The notes under the pieces were generated by a model. It was given only the letters and a program-made list of their open reading frames with translations, was not told where the DNA came from and made no database searches. Made by a program: the position numbers and the translations under genes. Shown here in pieces: positions 30,684 through 35,738 of a stretch of DNA of 35,738 nt. Source of the DNA: Methanothermococcus sp. SCGC AD-155-E23. GTDB lineage: Archaea > AGJL01 > Methanococci > Methanococcales > Methanococcaceae. The DNA is taken from assembly GCA_019561615.1 (NCBI GenBank), contig JAHEQA010000045.1, positions 1 through 35,738 on the forward strand. The letters are read 5' to 3'. The number at the start of each line of letters is the position of its first letter. The first letter of the stretch is position 1.

Positions 30684-32019
30684 GGGCACTTAAAGCCTCC
30701 TTTACCAACTTAACACTTTTCTCCAGGAGATCCCTTGCAATAGTACTATTTTTCCCCTCCACCCTTATCCTTATACAGGGTTCAGTTCCAGAGGGTCTTA
30801 TAAGTACCCAACCATCCTCCAGGTTAAACCTAGCTCCATCTACAGTTTCAGGGCTCCTCTGGAATATCTTCTCCCCATGTTCTATAACGTACTTCATAAC
30901 AAGGGCCTTCTTACTTTCCTCACAGGGTATCTTCTCCCTTAGGTTTACATAGGAGGGTACCTGATCTAAGAGGTTACAAAGTTTCTCGTCGAAGTACTCC
31001 ATCATCTCCAGAATCCTTAAACCAGAGAGTATTCCATCTGGAGTCATATGTATATCTCCATGGATCCAGGTACCAGAGGGTTCTCCTCCAAAGAGGGCCC
31101 CGTATCTAGAGAGTGCCTGGGACACTGCCACATCTCCAACCTTGGTCCTAATAACCTTAACTTTATCTCCAAGGTACTCCTCCAGGGACATGGAGGCATC
31201 CACCGTAGTTACTATCACCTTACTCCCAGTTTTTTCCACTATATATTTAGAGAATACTGCAAGTAACTTGTCAAAATCAGCTATCCTACCCCTCTCATCT
31301 ATAGCCACCATCCTGTCTCCATCTCCGTCATGGGCTATCCCTATGTAATTTCCTCCTCCCTGATTTAATCCCTTAACTATTCTCATGGTCTCCTGGAGGT
31401 TCTCCCCACTGGGTTCAGGCATCCTCCCTACAAACCTCCCATCTACATGGGCATTTAGGGATATAACATGGGATCCAACATCTGTAAATAGATAGGGGGA
31501 GATAACAGCACTTGCCCCGTTGGCACAATCCACAACTACGTTAAACTCCCTAGATATGGAGAGATGTTTAAGGATATGGCCCCTGTACTCCCTTAGTGCA
31601 TTCTCATCCCTTAACACCTCTCCAACAGATCTCCAATCCACCCTTTTAAAGTTACCTCTAAATATAATCTCCTCTATCTCCCTCTCCTCCTCAGGACTGT
31701 AGGGGGTACCCTCCCTTTTAAAGAGTTTTATACCGTTGTACTCTGGAGGGTTGTGGGAGGCAGTTATCATAACACCTACCTCCCCTTTCCTCGTGGAAAA
31801 ACCTAAGGTTGGAGTGGGGGCAATACCTATATCTGTAATTGTAGCCCCTCCACTTAAGAGACCTGATATGAGGGCACTCTTTATCAACTCCCCAGTAGTC
31901 CTGTTATCCCTGGCAACAACTACATCCTTCACCTTCTGGGATAGGGCAAAACCAATCTTATAGGCGATCTGGGGATCTAGATCCTTCATCCTTATACCTG
32001 AGGTTCCAAAGAGTCTCAT
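30673..32019 (-). CDS. glmM: Phosphoglucosamine mutase / phosphohexomutase
   Basis: LFGTSGIR, TASHNP.EYNGIK, DGDGDR, GGEPSG and RPSGTEP. Confidence 0.88.
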   Translation of the reverse strand: MRLFGTSGIRMKDLDPQIAYKIGFALSQKVKDVVVARDNRTTGELIKSALISGLLSGGATITDIGIAPTPTLGFSTRKGEVGVMITASHNPPEYNGIKLFKREGTPYSPEEEREIEEIIFRGNFKRVDWRSVGEVLRDENALREYRGHILKHLSISREFNVVVDCANGASAVISPYLFTDVGSHVISLNAHVDGRFVGRMPEPSGENLQETMRIVKGLNQGGGNYIGIAHDGDGDRMVAIDERGRIADFDKLLAVFSKYIVEKTGSKVIVTTVDASMSLEEYLGDKVKVIRTKVGDVAVSQALSRYGALFGGEPSGTWIHGDIHMTPDGILSGLRILEMMEYFDEKLCNLLDQVPSYVNLREKIPCEESKKALVMKYVIEHGEKIFQRSPETVDGARFNLEDGWVLIRPSGTEPCIRIRVEGKNSTIARDLLEKSVKLVKEALSALKY

Positions 32020-32078
32020 GTTATCAACCTTAACTTAATTTAAATAAAAATAAGGGTTATCTTATATAAGGTGGTATT

Positions 32079-33065
32079 GTGATCCTTGGGATTGATATAG
32101 GAGGGGCAAATACAAAGGTAACTGAGTTAAAGGGAGGGGATTACAGGATACATCACATCTACCTCCCCCTGTGGAAGAGAAGGGACAAACTTGAGGAACT
32201 TTTAAAGAGATATAACAGGGAGGATGTGGAAAAAGTTGGTATAGTTATGACAGCTGAGCTGGTGGATAGATACAGGAGTAAGAGGGAGGGTGTGGAGGAT
32301 ATATTAAAAACTGTGGAAAGGGCCTTTCCCAACAAGGATATCTATATCTTTGATGTAGAGGGGAACTTTCTAGATGTAGATGCTGCCAGGAGGGACTATA
32401 TTAAAGTCTCGGCCTCAAATTGGACTGCCACTGCCTACTTTGTAATAAGGGATATCTGTGACACCTGTATACTTGTAGATATGGGTTCTACAACAACAGA
32501 TATCATACCTATAAGGGAGGGGAAGGTACTGGCTGAAAAGACAGATCTAAAGAGGTTGATGAGTAACCAGTTGGTATATGTGGGGACACTTAGAACCCCC
32601 CTCTCCTTTCTCAGTAGTACTGTAACCTTTAGAGGTTGTAAGACCAATGTAGCCTCTGAGTACTTCTCCATAACAGGGGATATAAACCTTATACTGAATA
32701 AGATAGGGGAAGAGGACTATACCTGTGATACACCAGATGGTTCCCCTGTGGACAGGGAGAGTTGTATGAGGAGGGTAGCTAGGATACTATGTAGCGATCT
32801 AGAGGAGGTAAAGGAGGAGGAAATAGTAGATATATCCCATCAACTCTACAGTAAACTTCTAGATACGATCAGATATAACGTAGATCGTATCTCCCAGAGG
32901 TACGGTATTGAAGATGTTGTTATTACAGGTCTTGGGGAGGGGATACTGAGGGAGGCCCTGGAGGGTTACAGTATGCTATCTATAGGGGAGATGTATGGAA
33001 GGGAGGTGTCCCTCTGCACTCCAAGTTTTGCAGTGGCTAAGTTGTTAGAGGGTTGGCAGAAGTGA
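32079..33065 (+). CDS. mfnF: Methanofuran biosynthesis enzyme MfnF (hydantoinase A-like)
   Basis: GIDIGGANTK, MTAEL.D, ASNW, DMGSTTTDIIP, G.LRTP, SEYF and TPDG. Confidence 0.87.
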   Translation: MILGIDIGGANTKVTELKGGDYRIHHIYLPLWKRRDKLEELLKRYNREDVEKVGIVMTAELVDRYRSKREGVEDILKTVERAFPNKDIYIFDVEGNFLDVDAARRDYIKVSASNWTATAYFVIRDICDTCILVDMGSTTTDIIPIREGKVLAEKTDLKRLMSNQLVYVGTLRTPLSFLSSTVTFRGCKTNVASEYFSITGDINLILNKIGEEDYTCDTPDGSPVDRESCMRRVARILCSDLEEVKEEEIVDISHQLYSKLLDTIRYNVDRISQRYGIEDVVITGLGEGILREALEGYSMLSIGEMYGREVSLCTPSFAVAKLLEGWQK

Positions 33066-33069
33066 AAAC

Positions 33070-33441
33070 ATGGGATACAGTAAAAGGAAGATAAAAAAGA
33101 TAAAGGAGATAGCCCTGGAGAGGATAGAGATCCTTATGAATCTTGCTGAAGAGGCCTATAGGAAAGGTCAACTGGAGAGGATGAGGAGGTATATAGAGTT
33201 AAGTAGAAGGATTGCAATGAAGGCAAGGGTACGTTTTCCAAAGAAGTGGAAGAGGAGGATATGTAAGAAGTGTCTTACAATACTTGTCTACGGGGTGAAC
33301 TGTACCGTGAGAACTGTCAGTGACAAGAGCTGTCCCCATGTAGCTATAAAGTGCCTAAACTGTGGTAACGTTATTAAGATCCCAATGGTAAGGGAGAAAA
33401 AGCTAAAGAGAAGACTTAAAAGAATGGCATCTACAAAATAA
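33070..33441 (+). CDS. rnp4: RNase P protein component 4 (Rpp21)
   Basis: IA.ERI..L, RY..L.R.IAM, KRRICKKC and C.NCG; highly basic. Confidence 0.94.
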   Translation: MGYSKRKIKKIKEIALERIEILMNLAEEAYRKGQLERMRRYIELSRRIAMKARVRFPKKWKRRICKKCLTILVYGVNCTVRTVSDKSCPHVAIKCLNCGNVIKIPMVREKKLKRRLKRMASTK

Positions 33442-33452
33442 AAGGTGATTCA

Positions 33453-34268
33453 ATGGTAATTAAGGTTGCAGTAACTGGCGCCCTGGGGAGGATGGGTAGT
33501 GGAATTATAAAAAGTTTATGTCAACATCCAGATCTTAAGTTAGTCGCTGCAGTTGAGGCTCCCAACCATGAGAAGAGGGGAAAAGATATTGGTAAGTTGT
33601 TGGGCATAGGTGAGGTGGGGGTGGTATTAGAGACTGCAGATAGATTGGAGGAGGTTTTAAAGGAGAGTAAACCTGATGTCCTCGTTGATTTTACAACCCC
33701 CGAAGCCACTGTAAAAACTGTTAAGGTCTCTGCACCTCAAGGTATAAATCTAGTTATTGGGACTACAGGGTTTACCGAGGAACAGAGGAAGGAGATAGAA
33801 AGTACTATAGAAAAGTATGGAGTTGCCGCTGTAATATCCCAAAACTACGCTATAGGTGTAAATATATTCTTTAAGGTTTTGGAGTTTTTAGCTAAAAAAC
33901 TTGGAGATTACGACATAGAGATAGTGGAGATGCATCACAGGTACAAGAGGGATGCTCCAAGTGGCACTGCCCTGAGGGCTGCCAAGATTATAAGTGACAA
34001 CCTAGAGAGGGAGGTATCCATTATCTACGGGAGGGTAGGTATCCTTGGGGAGAGAAAGAAAGAGGAGATATGTATTCACGCCATAAGAGGAGGGGATGTT
34101 GTAGGGGAGCATACAGTTATATTTGCAGGGGATGGTGAAAGATTGGAGGTTACCCACAGGGCCAGTAGTAGACAGGCCTTTGTAAATGGGGTGATACTTG
34201 CAATTAGATTCATTGCTGGAAAGAGGGGAGGTATATACGATACCTTCGATGTACTAGGTCTAAGGTGA
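33453..34268 (+). CDS. dapB: 4-hydroxy-tetrahydrodipicolinate reductase
   Basis: [29 protein letters not shown] and R.GDVVGEH. Confidence 0.96.
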   Translation: MVIKVAVTGALGRMGSGIIKSLCQHPDLKLVAAVEAPNHEKRGKDIGKLLGIGEVGVVLETADRLEEVLKESKPDVLVDFTTPEATVKTVKVSAPQGINLVIGTTGFTEEQRKEIESTIEKYGVAAVISQNYAIGVNIFFKVLEFLAKKLGDYDIEIVEMHHRYKRDAPSGTALRAAKIISDNLEREVSIIYGRVGILGERKKEEICIHAIRGGDVVGEHTVIFAGDGERLEVTHRASSRQAFVNGVILAIRFIAGKRGGIYDTFDVLGLR

Positions 34269-34900
34269 AAACCTTGAGGGAGTTTATTCTCAAGGCCAAC
34301 AAGGCCATAACCTCCGGGGATATCAATCTCAAGGACCTTCCAGGTAGTTGTGGCAGGCTGGACCTGGTATGTAGATGTATAAGTAGTGCATTTTTCCTCT
34401 CCCACGATATAAGGAGGGATACTGTCTTCTACTCTGTACACTATGGGAGACCTAACCCTCCAGTGGCCTTAAAGTTTGTAGGATCCCAGTTGAAGAGGGT
34501 AAGCCCAGATGAGAGAAGTATAGCTATTTTTATAAAGAAGGCTCTAAGTAGGGAACATGGACCTCAGTGGAGGGAGAGTACTCCAGGTATATACCATGCT
34601 AAAAAAGACTTCAGGGAGATAGTACTTGAGAAGGTAAGGGAGGGGAGAAATGTCTACCTCCTACATCTAAAGGGGAGACCTATAGAGGAGGTTATAAATG
34701 AAGAGACATATCCAGAGATGAGGGAGAGAGGTTTTGTCTTCATACTTGGAGATCACATAGGGCTAAGTGAGGAGGATGAGAGGTTTTTAAGGGATTTAGG
34801 GGTGGAGAGGATATCCCTATCCCCCCTGGAGTTACATGCAAACCAGTGTATAGATATAGTTCACAACGTACTTGACAAGTTAGAGTACAGGAGAGGTTAG
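34265..34900 (+). CDS. trmY: tRNA (pseudouridine54-N1)-methyltransferase
   Basis: [36 protein letters not shown] and SLSP..LHA..CI..VHN.LD (SPOUT fold). Confidence 0.93.
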   Translation: MKTLREFILKANKAITSGDINLKDLPGSCGRLDLVCRCISSAFFLSHDIRRDTVFYSVHYGRPNPPVALKFVGSQLKRVSPDERSIAIFIKKALSREHGPQWRESTPGIYHAKKDFREIVLEKVREGRNVYLLHLKGRPIEEVINEETYPEMRERGFVFILGDHIGLSEEDERFLRDLGVERISLSPLELHANQCIDIVHNVLDKLEYRRG

Positions 34901-35553
34901 AAGTCATACAACTCTATACCCTTTACAATTACCCCCTCCCCTGTAGAGATATCAGAGAGGAAGAAGGATCTTGGAGAGGGGTTTACAATATATGTACTTC
35001 CCAGCTTGTCTATACATCTACTCTCGTGTATATGGCCACAGGCCACCAGTACAGGACTGTACTCCTGGATAATTCTTCTTATAGCCACACTACCTACGTG
35101 ACCATCTAAGGTCCTATCTGCCATTGTGTTGTAAGGCGGGGCATGACTTATGAGTATAAACCTACCTTTAATATCCTCTCCAATCTCTTTAACGGTGTTT
35201 ATAAATTTAAAGTATAACTCCTCCTCGGAGTACTCGTTGGGGGTGTTGAAGGGTGTCTTGTTACTTCCACCAATACCTACATAGTAGATACCACCTATAT
35301 TGACCCATCTTCCATCTAGGTTTATACCTAACTTGTTCATCTTCTCTATAACCTCAAGGGTGTCACAGTTCCCAGGAACTGCAAATACTTTTATACCCTC
35401 CTCTTGCAGATACCTTAAGTAATCTATCACCTTCAAGTCCCTACCAAAGTGTGTAATATCCCCTGAGACAAGGAGTACATCTGGTTTGTATTGAAGTACC
35501 CTACTTAGATGGTGATATCTGCCATGTAGATCAGTTATCCCTATCACCCTCAT
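34897..35553 (-). CDS. Calcineurin-like metallophosphoesterase
   Basis: TDLHG, SGDIT, PGNCD, GGS..TPF.T, SHAPP and CGHIHE. Confidence 0.9.
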   Translation of the reverse strand: MRVIGITDLHGRYHHLSRVLQYKPDVLLVSGDITHFGRDLKVIDYLRYLQEEGIKVFAVPGNCDTLEVIEKMNKLGINLDGRWVNIGGIYYVGIGGSNKTPFNTPNEYSEEELYFKFINTVKEIGEDIKGRFILISHAPPYNTMADRTLDGHVGSVAIRRIIQEYSPVLVACGHIHESRCIDKLGSTYIVNPSPRSFFLSDISTGEGVIVKGIELYDF

Positions 35554-35611
35554 AGTATCCTCCAATTTTTTTAACACCTATAATAATTTTTTCTATAAAA
35601 AAGGTGATTCA

Positions 35612-35738
35612 ATGGGGGATAGAGATATACATCTGAGGAAGCTGGAGCATATCCTTATATGTAATCACTGTGACGTAGAGTATAAGAAAGGTACCCTCTT
35701 TAACGCTGTGGAGTTGATCCATAGGGGGGTGCCCAACT
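35612..35738 (+). CDS. fni: Type 2 isopentenyl-diphosphate delta-isomerase, N-terminal fragment (runs off window)
   Basis: AGGTGAT RBS; translates as [42 protein letters not shown], showing the RKxEH and LxH IDI-2 motifs. Confidence 0.82.
   Translation, partial: MGDRDIHLRKLEHILICNHCDVEYKKGTLFNAVELIHRGVPN

Overview
This window looks like core chromosome from a thermophilic Methanococcales archaeon. The assignment rests on an Hmd paralog, mfnF, gatE, archaeal SAM synthetase, the PCNA-GINS-L44e-S27e cluster, GGTGA ribosome-binding sites and TTTAAATA TATA boxes. It starts with a poly-C artefact that truncates the Hmd paralog and ends inside fni; about 35 mostly housekeeping CDS lie between. The standout is a ~0.9 kb non-coding repeat locus (2644-3543) between dadD and a PHP-domain gene. 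It has ~419-bp tandem units built from two interleaved motifs: ten copies of a quasi-palindromic 17-bp site (GGTGCG-nAWTn-CGCACC, often 53-55 or 108 bp apart) and about nine copies of TTTCTTATARTRWAA. A ~70-bp module bounded by two 17-bp sites is flipped between unit 1 and unit 2. Other items worth checking: a solitary CRISPR-repeat-like 30-mer between a TATA box and a T-tract upstream of pcn, a hypE/orphan MNT/COG3044 ATPase/U32 gene run, a lipoprotein thioredoxin-CcdA pair, and a Cys-rich secreted protein next to a NapH-like membrane ferredoxin. All product calls come from motif recognition by eye; no database searches were run.
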